DNA from: Squalus acanthias | Lineage: Eukaryota | Direction: 5' to 3' | Length of the DNA stretch: 64,000 nucleotides | Assembly (NCBI GenBank): GCA_030390025.1 | Contig: CM059431.1 | Coordinates: 122,824,001 to 122,888,000 of the forward strand | Shown here: positions 1 to 12,188 of the stretch, piece by piece | How the letters are laid out: the number at the start of each line of letters is the position of its first letter | Position numbering within the stretch: the stretch's first letter is position 1 | Translations under genes and position numbers: made by a program | Notes under the pieces: generated by a model | What the model was told of the DNA's origin: nothing | What the model saw: the letters and a program-made list of their open reading frames with translations, nothing else | Databases searched by the model: none

Positions 1-457
1 GAATGAAGGCGTTCTCCACTTGCACCAACACTTCCTGTCACCTTAGGAATGTGAAACAAGTTTAGAAAGCTGCTAGATTTGCAGAAAGTTACACAGACTA
101 AATCAAACTGAAAAAACATGTCTGCTGCAAGTTGTTGATCTATAAATAATGCTGCTGGAGGTTCCTTCTTGCTTTTGAATGCTTGGTCAGTTGGTTGTAA
201 TTAACACAGGCTGGTAAGTGGAGCGGCAAACTCAAAAATGGCAGATCGGGCATCAGGTGATCGTTGCACACTCACTGATGTCACGATCTGCATAATCTAC
301 ATATCCTCAGCGAGTTTGGACATCGGCAGTGCTACCGCCCAGCCAAAAATAATGGCCACCGCGGGACCCACTGGTAGTGGCCAGTAGTGGGCCGGCTGCC
401 ATTTCTTTTCCAAAATGGGCCTTAATGGCCAGAGCTAACGCCTCCAATTTCTGGGCC

Positions 458-2280
458 AATTTACCTTCAACCAAGCCATGCTGGCTCTCTCTGATCAGCT
501 CATATTTTCTCTATTGCTCAATCACTCTATCCTTAATGACAGATTCTAGTACAACTGATGCTAAACTGACAGGCCTGTAGTCACCTGCTTTCTCTCTCCC
601 ATCCTTCGTAAATTATGGAGTGACATTAGCAATTTTCCACTACTTGGCACAATTTCTGACTCGAGAGCTTTGAAAGATTATTACTAATGCTTTTGCAATT
701 TCCTCACCTACTTCTTTTAATACCCTAGGGTGGAAACCATCAGGTCTTGGAGATTTATCTATCCTAAGTCCCATTATATTCTCCATTACCATTTATTTTA
801 CTGAACACGGTAAGTTCCTCTACTTTATTTATTTTTTAGTTTCCTTTCTATGCTCTTCCTCTACTGTGGAAATGGATACAAAGGGGTTAATTTTAACCCC
901 CAAAAATGGGTGGGTTTGGTCGGGTGGGAAGTTAAAATGTAAAAGAAATTCAGACTCGAACTCAACCCGTCTCAAACCCTCCCACTTCCGTTTTTAACAG
1001 AGGCGGGACAGGGGGCAGGCGACCAACCCGCTGTCAGGAGCCGGGTCACTCCTTTTAAATATTTGAATCAGGCTTTAACGCTGGCCGGCCGTGTTTCCTG
1101 GGCCTCGAGAAACCCGGCAGCTGAAGGGAAGCGAGGGTCGCTGCATGGAACAGGTAAGTGTCTTTCCAGCACTGCTTGTGGGTCAGGGGGAGTAGGAGTA
1201 CCCTCCCCCCCAGCCCACCAAGCTACCTTGTTAACCTCCCCAGCGATTGGACCCTCTGTCCCCCCCGCGATCCGATGTTCTCCACGGCCCGCGACCATGT
1301 CCCTGGCTCCCCCCACCAACCACCCGCCCATGTCCTCCATGGGCCCTCCGCGAACTTCTCCCCTCCTCCCCCAATCTCTCTATGGGCCCCCCGCGATCTT
1401 CTCTCCCTACTCCCCTGATCTCTCCGGGCCCCCATCGATGTACCCCCACCACGCGATCCCCAATTTCTCCTTCCATCCTCTACGCTCCTCGGCTGCAGCC
1501 TGGTGCTTCATGCCTACCATTTAATCTGGCTGGCTGTGGCCGGGAAATGGATTCCAAAAAATGGTAATCACATGCTGCCGTTAAATTCAGCAGGACCTGA
1601 GGTCAACCCGTTCTTCCGGGTTTCCCGACCGCAAAACTGTCCCCAGCTCCTTTTCTGCCTTCCCAGAAATATTGGGGCCAAAGTATTTGTTTAACATATC
1701 TGCCATTACCTTATTATTTATTACTGTATCACCTGTGTCTGTCATTAATAGATCCACATCTCCCTAGCCACTCTCTTTCTCTTAATATATTTTAATAAAA
1801 AATGTTACTATTAGCTTTTATATTACTTGCAAGTTTTTTTTTGTATTCCTTTTTGCAGCTCTTAATATTTTCATTGTGTCCCTTTGTTGTTTTCTATGTT
1901 TCCCCCAGGCCACTGGACGACCACTTTTCTTGGCATTTGTGTAAGTCACTTCTTTTAGCTTTACACTGCGTCTCACCTCACATGTTGACCATGGTTGCTT
2001 GACTGTATCAGTTGAACCTTTGATCTTTACGGTTGGGTACTGGTGTTGTGTTGTACTAAATCCTTCTTTGAATACCTCCCACTGATTTTCTGTAGGTTTA
2101 CCTGTGAACAGCTTTTCCCAGTTTAATGTGCTCATTCCTTTGAAGTCAGCCTTGTTTAGTGTGTGATCTTTCTCCTTATCAAACTCATACCATGTTATCG
2201 TCACTGTTTGCACTGTCTGCTCCCTTACTGTCGGATTATTAATTCATTACTCGATACTAAATCTAGTATGGCCAATAAAA
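458..2280 (-). mobile_element. Degenerate CR1 LINE ORF2 fragment (endonuclease-RT linker to RT start), split by a MITE at 883-1679
   Basis: Minus-strand ORF 1818..2213 reads LNKADFKGM...WEVFKE...KQPW. Bases around 560-760 read like KSPRPDGFHPRVLK and DYRPVSLAS. Many stops and frameshifts. Confidence 0.85.
883..1679. mobile_element. Non-autonomous Harbinger-like element (MITE) with 3-bp TSD AAA
   Basis: AAA at 880-882 and 1680-1682. Removing the element restores the CR1 sequence gatacaaagtatttgtttaac. Ends are ggggttaatttt / aatattggggcc. The left end is homologous to the terminus of the two-gene Harbinger at 43640-43756. Confidence 0.8.
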
Positions 2281-2454
2281 CATCTTGGCCCAGAATTTGC
2301 TGGAGTGGGGCATCTCACGGTCTACACCGTTTGTTAGACATTTCCCCTCCCCCTTCTGCTTTATTTACATCAGGTATTTTATTAATTTCTATACTATCAT
2401 CTAAACTTTTTTCTTTTCCGAGTACTTCTACAAATTTGTTTTTGCCTTAAAATA

Positions 2455-2522
2455 CTCCTATGAAGCGCCTTGGGACATTTAACTCTGTCAAATGTGCTAT
2501 ATAAATACACGTTGTTGTTGTT
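2455..2522 (+). mobile_element. SINE/L2-type 3' tail fragment
   Basis: tgaagcgccttgggacatt...tgctatataaatacacgttgttgttg matches the tails at 18400-18465 and 54575-54645. Confidence 0.7.
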
Positions 2523-2529
2523 CTTGTTC

Positions 2530-4555
2530 TATGAGGTGCAACCCCTGTGGATTCAGCAGAGGTAGAGGCAGGCTGCTCACTTCACTGCTGCGACTGCTTA
2601 GACAATTTTGGCAGACGTCCTCTGGGTTTTGGAGCCTGTGAGGGCTCCTCCAAAGACTGCTCCTCCTGCAACTGTGCAGGGGCAGACTCGGCCATCGGGA
2701 TCCGAGGAAGCATGTGGGGTTCTGACTGAAGGGAGGCAACAGGGGAGAAGTGGGAGCGCTTTGAGAAGAGCCCCCACTTCCATGTCCTCTCTCACCATTA
2801 TCCCTCTCATGGGCCACCCGCAATTCCCTGCCAGCAAGGAGCTGGAGAGCACCCTGCTGCACAGCAGTGGGGCGATGAACGCCCAGTCTATGTTAATATC
2901 CCTCCTTGAGATGAGGTCAATGAGCGTCTGCAATCTGTTGTTCACAGCAAGCATGTTCTCGATGGACTGGTGCATTTGCTGCTCCATGCAGGTGGCCATC
3001 CTTTCCATGGAACAGCACATCGTCGCCATCGCCTGCGAGATGGTGGTGCTCATGTTGGAGATCGTTCCATTCTCTGTACATTTGCAGACGTCGCGGCTGC
3101 AAAAGCTGCCAGAGCCTCATGCGATTGTTGCTGCCTCGCTAAGATCACCCTCCTTCACGATGGCCCCCAAGGTTTAGCATCTGCATGCAGCTCAGCAGAG
3201 CTAAGGGCATCCTACGCCCTCCGGTGAGGACTCTCCACTGCTGTCCCTGTCAACACCATCTGCTCTTGCTCACTTGTGAAGTGTGAGACACCAGGTGATC
3301 ACACTACTCTATCTCGCATAGGACCCACTGAGGTGTGCGTATCTGCGCTGGTGCTGGGTGCGCTTGGGTCTGCTGATGGTGCACCCTCAGATACTGGAGG
3401 TCTCTCTGAGGAGTCATCTTCCTCCTGCGGCTGTACAGTGGCGGGGTGGGGGAGGAGTGGGGGGGGGGAGATTGGTTGGGGGGCACTTGATGGACCTGTG
3501 GGACAGTAAAGAGATGAATTAGAAGTGTTATGATAAGAACGGGTAACGTTATCATTATGCACATGATGACATTTCTCTGGCTGCTGACATCAGTCACCAT
3601 ATGAGTGTCTGTTGTATGTCATGTGGTTGTATGAGATTTAATTCTGTCACTAGGTTGCTGGGAGGTCCATCTCTCTCCATCTCCACTACCAGCAGCTCTG
3701 CAACTCCAGAGATCGCTAGGGCCTTCTCTCTGCTGGAGTCAAATTTGTGAAGGCTGGTGGGCCACCTCCGGTTCTCCGCCTCTCCCTGTTGTTGTGTGCT
3801 CTCTTCTCCTGCAAGGAGGGAAAGAACAGAACTTTGAGTGAGAGTGATGGACCGAGTCTAAGGAATGGATCATAAGATCATAAGAAGTAGGAGCAGGAGT
3901 AGGCCATACGACCCTTTGGGCCTGCTCCGCCATTCAATAGGATCATGGCTGATCTGAACCTAGACTCACGTCCACTTCCCTGCCCGCTCCCCATAACCCT
4001 TCATTCCCTTATCAGCTAGGAAACTGTCTACATGGGCTACATCTGTGCAGGGTGACTATGAGGGAGTGGCGTGACATTACCAAATGGCCTCCCTTCTGTG
4101 GTGTTACTTGCTATGATTGCATTAGGATGAGGGTAAGTGTCAGTGGTGGTTAGTCAGAGGGGGATGTGAGTAGTGCAGAGACAGAGAGGGATGGGTGGAC
4201 CTGCAGGGTAGGTTGGTGTGAGGAGTGATGTGCAGGAGTAGGCTTGGGAAGGCAGAGTGATGGGGTTGGGGTGACAGGCACATCAGGATGTAGGTGAGTG
4301 TTGCATTGCACTCACCTTTCCTGGCTTCATGAGTACATTGAATCTCTTGCAGCACTGGATCCACATTCTCCTCACCACATCCCTGCTATTGACCTCCTCT
4401 GCGATGTCTTGCCATGCCCTCTTTGTCTCTTTTGTTGGTCTTTTTCTGCCATTCAGAGGGAAGAGGACCTCCCTGCATGCTCTTACTGTTTGGACCAGTA
4501 CTTCCAGGGAGGCATCTGGAAATCTTGGGGCTGCCCTCTGCCTTTGTGTCTCCAT
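2530..4555 (-). pseudogene. Harbinger Myb/SANT-like (trihelix, NAIF1/MSANTD-type) DNA-binding protein gene, decayed; exons about 4555-4316, 3808-3650, 3495-2530
   Basis: Exon 1 is open: METQRQRAAPRFPDASLEVLV...AWQDIAEEVNSRDVVRRMWIQCCKRFNVLMKPGK, then a GTGAGT donor. CAG acceptors at 3809-3811 and 3496-3498. Later exons are disrupted. Confidence 0.8.
3871..4030 (-). mobile_element. CR1 3' end inserted in the Myb-gene intron
   Basis: cataagatcataagaagtaggagcaggagtaggccat...gatcatggctgatct is the reverse complement of the CR1 3' UTR at 38285-38378. Confidence 0.85.
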
Positions 4556-4856
4556 GACCCACAGATTTGTCAATGTTATGAGGCAAATTAGAGCTCTGGC
4601 AATCACCTTCAACACTCCTACAGCAACCTTCACATGAGATGTGTGCAAGGTTGCTTTAAATATCCAAGCTGAAAACGAGTCATCAGTGATATCATCAGAC
4701 CCGCTCCATTTAATTGGGCTGGAAACGTGCATGACTCTTTTAATTGGTGCCATTGAGTTAAACGCGCAGTGCAGAACGCGCTGTTCAAATCTTCGAGATG
4801 CCAATCCGCTACGCGGCCCGCACGCACCTGACCCGAAGGTAAAGATTCCGGCCAAG

Positions 4857-5078
4857 GTGTTGGTTGGGGGATAAATATTGGCCAGGACACTGGGGAAAAC
4901 TCCCCTACTCTTCTTCGAAATAGTGCCATAGGATCTTTTTCATCCACCTGAGAGGGCCTCTGATTAGCATTTCATTTGAAAGACGGCACCTCTGACAGCA
5001 CAGCACTCTGGAATGGGAATTGAACCCACGACCTTCTGACTCAGAGGTGAGAGTGCTACCGCTGAGCCACAGCTGACA
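4857..5078 (-). mobile_element. tRNA-derived Deu-domain SINE (SacSINE1-like), 3'-truncated
   Basis: Reverse complement has a tRNA A/B-box head (tggctcagcggtagcactctc...gtgggttcaattccc) followed by gaagaagagtaggggag...cctggccaatatttatccc. Confidence 0.85.
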
Positions 5079-6426
5079 TTTGAGGAGGGCGTCCCAGTAG
5101 GAGAAGAGATTCAGAAAGCTCAGTCTGGGCAGTGAGATGGCTGTAGGCCTTACTGCCCAACTTCAGCCTTTTTTTTGCTGCAATCCCACCCAATTTCAGG
5201 CAGGATCATGGAGGAGAAAAATAACACTCTGCCCATTTAATCTCAATCAGCAGATTCAGGAACACTTCTGTTTACCTGGCCAAACAATTTTCTTTTTTCC
5301 AATCCCACACACTGTGGCACTTAAAATTATATTAGTATTAATAAAACTACTCCAATATCATGCATAACTTTATTACTGTAATATTAACCCTAAACTCATA
5401 AATGTAATGCCAATATACAATTTTACAAAAATGAAACTTTCCACTTATTCTCTCCTTATTGTCCCTTTTTCTTTTACTTTAAAGTTTCTTTTGTCTACTT
5501 CTAAAATGCCCTTTGTAAACTTTTTGTCTCTCTTTTGTTAATTTTAAAATATTTACTTTTTCTTTGAATGCTTCCCTTCTCACAGCATCAATTTTGGAGC
5601 AGAAACTTAAACAAAAGTGTTTTTATTGTCTGAAAATGTGAGTGAAAGCTTTTCTTGCAGTGAACGAGGAACACAATCCTGTTAAATTATAACTAAGAAA
5701 TGCAAATGAGTGAAAGGCTTAACAAATTCCTTTTCCAATGCTATGCATCTACCATGATACCAAGGGAAACCCGGCAGTCTTACACATAATGCCTGTTGTA
5801 GCAATTCCATGCAATCTGATCCTTATAATAGAACTGTATTTTTCCCACCTGATCTTCATGTACAAATTCACAAAAAGAAATGAAACGAAAATGAATGTGA
5901 GGAACTTTACAGACCAGAGAAGATTTCCTATCTGAGTTATGTTTTGTGAAATCTTAAACATTTGCAGTTCCAACTGAATGCAAAATCTAAAATGAGTTTG
6001 TAGCATATGAGAAGGTTTATATGAGTTCATGAGGCAGCATATTTTAATCAATTTTCAGATCGTGGGCAACACTGAATGCTTAGAAGAATGAGTTCTGGGA
6101 ATCTACCTCTTTAACACAAGGGAGAGTACAATGTTTGTAAAGCCACTGAACCTTCAGATCTGAAATGTGTGCTTAAATAAATCTGATAGATAGCTACAGC
6201 AAACATCATAAATGCCTGAGATTGTCATGGACTACTTCTCAGCATTGATTGATTTAACACAGCATGACTTGTGTTCTGATGATTCATGATAACTCACATC
6301 AATTTGCTGCTGAAGTGTTTTGGTCCATATTCAATGGCTCCCACTGTTCATTTTCATTCTGACATACTTGGGCTTTTTTTGCAATACATGACATATTTGC
6401 TCTCCCATTCTTATTGAAAAGACCGT

Positions 6427-7074
6427 GGCTCTGATTTTATCGGAGGGTGAGATCGGTCTGTGCGAGGGGCCTGGGCGAGCGAGATGCTCGAAAATCGAGG
6501 CCCAGAGAGATTTTAACTCCCGGGCCACATTTTAATATTCAGGCCACAACTCCCGCCCGAACCTGGCAGAAATCACAGGTTGACTGGTGGGCGGGAGCGG
6601 GAATTCGGGCAGCAGGAGGCCGCCACTAGGGTCATGCGGGAACAGTCTCCGGCAGTCATGGAAGTCGTGAGGGCAAGGCTGTGGGGGGGGCTCCAGACAT
6701 GATTAGGGGGAAGGGAGGAGGATGTCTGGGGCAAGAGCAGCCCAAGGTTTCTGTTTAGGCTACACCTCTTGGCCTGCAAGGAAACTAAAAGGAAAATTTA
6801 AACATATCTTACTGAGCCTCTTCTGACCTCCGATCCAACTTCCGGCAGGTTTGGCCTGGCAGGAAAGCCGTCACTACTCTTAGGCCTCCAGTTAAAATAG
6901 CAGATCGGGCCCCAATGACGTCTTCATAGCCCGATCTACATATATAAAGAGGACCCCGCCAGCTTGGGGTGGGTGTCCTCACTGCCTGCAATTTTAAATT
7001 GCAGCTTGTCAGATCAGGGTGGGAAAGGAGACCCCCCACTCCATTTTAACTGCACAGAGTTAAAATCGGGGGCT
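6427..7074. mobile_element. Harbinger-like MITE
   Basis: Imperfect inverted ends ggctctgatttt / aaaatcgggggct. GC-rich, non-coding, with gttaaaat subterminal motifs shared with the other MITEs. Confidence 0.65.
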
Positions 7075-7443
7075 TATGTCAGGTTGCAATCAAGGACAAC
7101 TAATGTCATGACAATGCTCTATTCAGAAAAAAATAAAGCTTCAGTATTAATGCTCCACCTTACCAGGCAAAAGTTACACTAAAATCTTTAAGGTCATGCA
7201 GGAAGAGTACCATAGAATCCTCAGATTTTCAGCTGTGAACACCTAGAAATTCCCTCCATGTGGTTTTGGGTGGCCGGATGGGGGAGTTCGCTGGCTGGCT
7301 GCCTGACAGTTGAATATAATTGATCTTTAGTGCTGCAGTGCTCTAAACTGCACTATTGCTGGAATCAAATTGAACAGATATACTGTGTAAACAAAATCAT
7401 GTCCTTAACATCTGATGGTATGGTCAGATGTACAGACACGACC

Positions 7444-7774
7444 AGTCCCAATTTTAACCTGGAGTGAGCGGGTGTGAGGCGTGCAGGGACCGACTGGGGC
7501 GGAAGGCAACACCCATGACAGCGCTAGTGCGAGGCCTGGATCAGTTTAGCTTTTGGGCCTCATTTGAACTCGGCAACGCGGAGTACTACCCATGGACGAC
7601 GGAAAAGGCGCAATATCCGGCAGGCTGGAATGGGAAATCGAATTTGCAGCACGGAGGAGAACTCCTGCTTCTCCTGGCCAACAAGGAAACCTTAAAAAAA
7701 AGATAATGAACCATTTTAACCTCCTTCACCCCCCACTCACACCGTTCCCGGGTAGGCAGGGTTAAAATCAGGCC
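7444..7774. mobile_element. Short Harbinger-like MITE
   Basis: Ends gtcccaattttaacct / gggttaaaatcaggcc. Confidence 0.6.
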
Positions 7775-7868
7775 TGTGGGCCTTCAATGTATTAAATCCG
7801 CCATGCAAATTGGGACTATGTGATTGCAGTGTCTTCAAAGTAAGCTGGACCAAAGCTGGTTATATTAA

Positions 7869-7998
7869 TACGATAGCAAAATACTGCGGATGTTGGAAAT
7901 CCGAAATAACAACAGAAAATGCTGGAAAAACTCAGCAGGCCAGGCAACATCCGTGGAGAGAGAAACAGAGTTAACGTTTCAGGTCGAAACCCTTCGTC
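7869..7998 (-). mobile_element. Penelope-type terminal repeat fragment with 11-bp TSD
   Basis: TSD ggttatattaa at 7858-7868 and 7999-8009. Body aaaatactgcggatg...ctcagcagg...aacgtttcaggtcgaaacccttcgtc resembles a common elasmobranch Penelope-derived repeat (recognised from memory). Confidence 0.75.
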
Positions 7999-8105
7999 GG
8001 TTATATTAACACTTGAAAGCTTTCAAAGCCAAACTTGTCACGATATATTTATAGTCTGTTGCTATCATTTGATGGTCATATAGTTTATCATTTGGTGTTG
8101 CTAAT

Positions 8106-9610
8106 GGCTTGGATTTTAGCTCGGAGTCACGTTACATGCAGGGGTGATGTTTTGAGGTCGGGAAACCTGAAAATATGGGCAGGACATTTTAAATTGTTAT
8201 TCTGTAAGTTTCCAGCCCACAGCCTGCCTAATTGATAGGCTGGCTGCCTGTCGGGTGAGAACTCCTCCAGCACAAGGCCGCAGCCGAGTTGGGCTGAGAG
8301 CAGATAGTTCTAGTGGGGGGTCGGTGAGATTGCCAGGGTGGGGGGATGGGGTTCAGATCACGTGGGGGTGGTTCCAATCGCGGGGGGGTTTCCAATCGCG
8401 GGGGAGGTGGCAGATGGTGGTCGTGGGGGCAGATGGTGTTCAGGGGGGTCCAGTGGTGGTCGGGGTTGTCCGATCATGGTGGGGGTGAGCAGATGGTAGC
8501 CGGGGCGGGGGAGCAGATGGTGAGGGGGCGGTGTCCGATTACGGGGGGCAGGAGCAGACAGATTGCGGGGCTGCGGTTTACTAGGTAGATTGTTGGGGCA
8601 GGAGGAAGCACTCCTGCTCCACCGGGCCCACAAGCAGTGCTGTAAATGCACTTGAACTCATGGATTCAGCCCTTCTCGCCTCCTTTCACCTGCCAGGTTT
8701 CCCGAAACCTGTGCTTAAAAATAGAATCCCTGTTAAAATGAAGGCACACAGGCCTAAAAATTCAATTGCTTTGCGCCTCCCGGGAAATTCAGCGGGAGGT
8801 TAGCGGCGGCGGTAACCGTTAGCACCACATGGCGCTGTGCCGCAGGCGATGGTGTCGCGCCGTGAAAAGCGCACCGCTCGTGCCCTGGCCGCGATCTTCG
8901 GTAGCGCCCCCTGACTTACCGCCGGACGCTACGTCCGACGGGGTCAGGGAGCCTACCTGCGGCCGGGGTGGCTCTAATTAAAGGGAAGGTGCCGGGCGGC
9001 CATTTATGTTGCTGGCCGCCTGCCAGCACCTGCCCCCTCTGCCGTCCCCGACCTCCTCTGAAGCCCCGCTGCGGAGTGCCGGCTGTGCTCCGTGAGCCCG
9101 GCACTTCTCTTGAGTACCGGGCTCTTTTGCCGGCACTCCAATCCTTGGTGACCCAGCTGGGCCCCGGGTCGCGCTGCGCAAGGCCCCTCCCCTTTAAGAA
9201 GGGGAGGAAGGCCTGCAGTACCGCGGCACATAGCGCTGCGATATTCACTCACAGCGCCCCAAGAGGGAGGCGGGGCGCCTCCAGTAGCACCCCGCTTCCC
9301 TCTTGGGGCGCTACCAATGAATTTCGGCCGCGGGGGCACTAACTTTTTCAGGGCACTAAAAGTTGCGCCCCGGCGAAGTTAACGCCCCAAAGGGGGCGTG
9401 ACTCAATTTTACCCCACAGGCTCATTGAAATATTTAAATGACCCAAACGCCTCCTGGGAGTGGATTGGTCGCCCACCCCTTGTCCCGCCTCCGTTAAAAC
9501 CAGAAGTGGGCAACTTTGAGGCGGGTTTTGGTGACTGTTTCAGATTTCTGGCTTTTTAACCTCTGACCCGAACCACCCCCACCCGTTTATGGGGTTAAAA
9601 TTTCCCCCCC
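8106..9610. mobile_element. Non-autonomous Harbinger-like element related to 883-1679 (opposite orientation), containing a nested MITE
   Basis: Right end ...ggggttaaaatttcccc is the reverse complement of 883-900. Internal ctcctgctcc...cccacaagcagtgctg matches 1168-1200 in reverse complement. Confidence 0.8.
8751..9415. mobile_element. Young CpG-rich Harbinger-like MITE, TSD ACA
   Basis: ACA at 8748-8750 and 9416-9418. Ends ggcctaaaaatt / aattttacccc. Many (g)gcgct/agcgcc subterminal motifs. A related end lies at 13555-13635. Confidence 0.8.
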
Positions 9611-10865
9611 CATTTTCTTCAAAGTAAGTTGGATTAAAGCTGGTTATATTAACACGTGAAAGCTTTCAAAGCCATACTTGCCATGATAGATGGTGTATCT
9701 ATTGTTTGTTGTTGTCATCTGATGATCACATAGTTTATCACTTGGTGTTGCTAAGAAAATAATGACACAAATGCTCCATTTTTGAATGTGCTATGACTAC
9801 TGATAGGGTCGCTGCTTAAAGGAACAAGCATGTGACAAAGCTCTTAAAGTTCAATTTTAGTTGCTCTGGAAGTCAGATTTATCTGAAATTCAAATTTGAG
9901 TTTTTATTCCTATTAATCTAACACTTCACTGTATTTCATGGCGATAGGTGAGATATTGCAGCTGCTATCAATCACTATTACATATACAGTGTTGCACTGA
10001 CAGTGCAGCTACGCGGTGAGTCTTTACAGGCTTCACTTAAAATCAGCGATGCAGACAGTGCTTCATGATAAATTGTCAAACAGGATTACAGCAGATTGTT
10101 TCAAAATAATCGCATCAAAGAGCCTGTTTCAACCGCTCAGTGAAGAATTTTTGTGTTGTAATTTAAATTACATTTTCTGACTGCATTGTTACTTGTTTCT
10201 CATTTTAATCAGCAAAACCTAAATGTAAATAGTCCATCGGTTTTGTTTTCAAATTTGAATAACTATATTGGCTGAGACATCGGATTGTTCCGGAAACCAG
10301 CCCGAATGGGTATCGCAAAAGGAACAGGTCGGCATGAGGCTCTCTGGAAATTGGGCATTGGGCCTGATCTGCATTAAGCCAGTGAAAACCAACTGTCTAT
10401 CCCGAAGCAACCTTGCCGGTTGATGCCTCAGGAAAACCGTCGGGCTCTGTTGCCAAGCCGGCCCGCAGGTAAGGAGGGAGGAGAGTTGGGGTGGGGTGAT
10501 GGGGGAGAGTTGGGGTGGGGTGATGGGGGAAAGGCTGGGCTGCCAGCTGCCCACAGTACTGTTGTGAAGCATTCTTGCTCCTGCTGGCTCTACATCAACG
10601 CAAGTTTTAATAAAAAAAGTGCACTTAGCTTTGTTGGCGGCCTCCAGCCGTCCTTTGAGGACCGACTGTTAGGCCGCTGTCGAGCCAGGAAAATGGAACT
10701 GTTTCTGCCATTGCTTTGAGGTTTCCACAGATCTTCCACCATAGTTGCAGTGACAATTGGGAGAACCCCTGCAGAAATTCAACCTTATCATTTTCATGAT
10801 TTCAAACACTGAGTGACATTACAGTGAAAGAAATACATCTTGCAAATTTCTTGAAGGAAGGCAAG

Positions 10866-10966
10866 ACCATAGGAACAGGAGGAGGCCATTTAGCCCCTCG
10901 AGCCTGTTCCACCATTCAATTAGATCATGGCTGATCTGCATCTTAACTCCATTTACCCACCTTGGT
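10866..10966 (-). mobile_element. CR1 3' end fragment
   Basis: cataggaacaggaggaggccatttagcccctcgagcctgttccaccattcaattagatcatggctgatct; a plus-strand counterpart is at 19900-20035. Confidence 0.85.
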
Positions 10967-11264
10967 AAAGGAAGGAAACATTCCAAACCCTGTAGTTCAG
11001 GCAATTCGGTGGACACAAGCTAATCTGTTAACTTTAAGAGAAATGACTGGATGGCACAGTTTGTTAGAGTGTTAGAATACTGCTCTTTTAACTCTGGGAT
11101 CTGACCTGAGCAAGAGTCCAACCAAAATTGAATAGAGCAAAGTCTCTTCTCTCTACTAGCATAAAAATTGAGGCAAAAGGCTCATCCTAGTACCCCCTAT
11201 AAACCAGTCGAATTTCTCAATACACTTCAAATTGGAGAGCTCTGAAGCCAAACAGACATAGAAG

Positions 11265-11615
11265 GGTTAGGAGATATGAATTGCACAGTTGAAAAGATGG
11301 GTTTCGAGAAGCCATTTAAAAATGGACAGAGAAGTAAGGAAAAGGTTTGAGAAGAAAGTTCTAGAAAGTAGGATCAAGGTGGCAGTAGGCTCTGCCACCA
11401 AAAGAGGACAAGCGGAAGGGAATGTTTCAGAGGAAGCTAGAGTATACAAACCACAGTGCATGGGCTAGGGAGTAGGACTGGAGGAGGTCGCAGAGTTAGT
11501 GAGGGGCGAGACTATGGAGGGATTTGTAAACAAGCACAAAGACTTTCAATGTCCTGCATTAGGGGATAGGGAGCCAGTGGATATAGTCAATTATCGGAGT
11601 GATGTGTAAATAGGA
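11265..11615 (-). mobile_element. Old L2 LINE 3' fragment
   Basis: Reverse complement resembles the L2 end at 63400-63725 (LHWLP-like segment, then fkxllkthlf-like 3' region). Confidence 0.6.
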
Positions 11616-12188
11616 TGATACTCAAAATGGGTACACAAAGTGGATAATGTGTTCTATTCTCTGGCACTGGCATTTTTCAGTTTGAGGAGTACAAAATCTG
11701 TTAAAAAGAAATTTACTTCTGATAAAAGAATATAAATTCTATTGCTCATAGGATCCACAGTCAACTGTAACACACAACATTTAAAGTTATTTTTTCTAGT
11801 TGAAGATTCATGAGCTAATTTCTTGTAATTATCTTTACTGAAGAAAAGATGTAGCATTCCTCTTTGATAAGTTAAATTGTCTATTGATGAAATTATAGCA
11901 ACCTTCACTTTCATTTCCACAGTGTGTTTCTTTTCCTGCAACAGCTTGCCTTGTCAGCCGAGTAACTTCTTCACCCAGCCTCACTTGTACTATGTCAGGA
12001 TACTCGTCGGAATCTCATTTAGCAGACTGACTCGTCTGTTAAATCCTGTGAAACCTTCTTAAACCTGTGCCATCTCACAGTCCTTTGTAATCTCGTCCCC
12101 ACTACTACCTATCGTATTCCCTCACTCGGGGCTACAGTTCTCATGTCTGCCAAAGGGAGTTAACAATGAATAATTCTGGTACATTATG

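Larger units (their letters stand above)
2523..4853 (-). mobile_element. Harbinger remnant carrying a 3-exon Myb/SANT-like gene; transposase half missing
   Basis: Terminus aagattccggcc at 4842-4853. Myb exons resemble those of the complete element at 39.7-41.9 kb, sharing SEGAPS...SADTHTSVGP. Confidence 0.85.

Noticed and set aside
1063..1567. Overlapping Pro/Gly-rich ORFs (also 8255-9342)
   Set aside because: They arise from C/G-skewed, stop-poor MITE interiors and show no domain motifs.
4990..5078. tRNA gene (also about 18160 and 24495)
   Set aside because: A/B boxes continue directly into SINE bodies, with no complete cloverleaf.
5784..5848. Minus-strand candidate exon (WEKYSSIIRIRLHGIATTGIM), and a possible exon start at 1-42
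   Set aside because: A competing AG lies just upstream of the acceptor, the peptides are unrecognised and the evidence is too weak to call.
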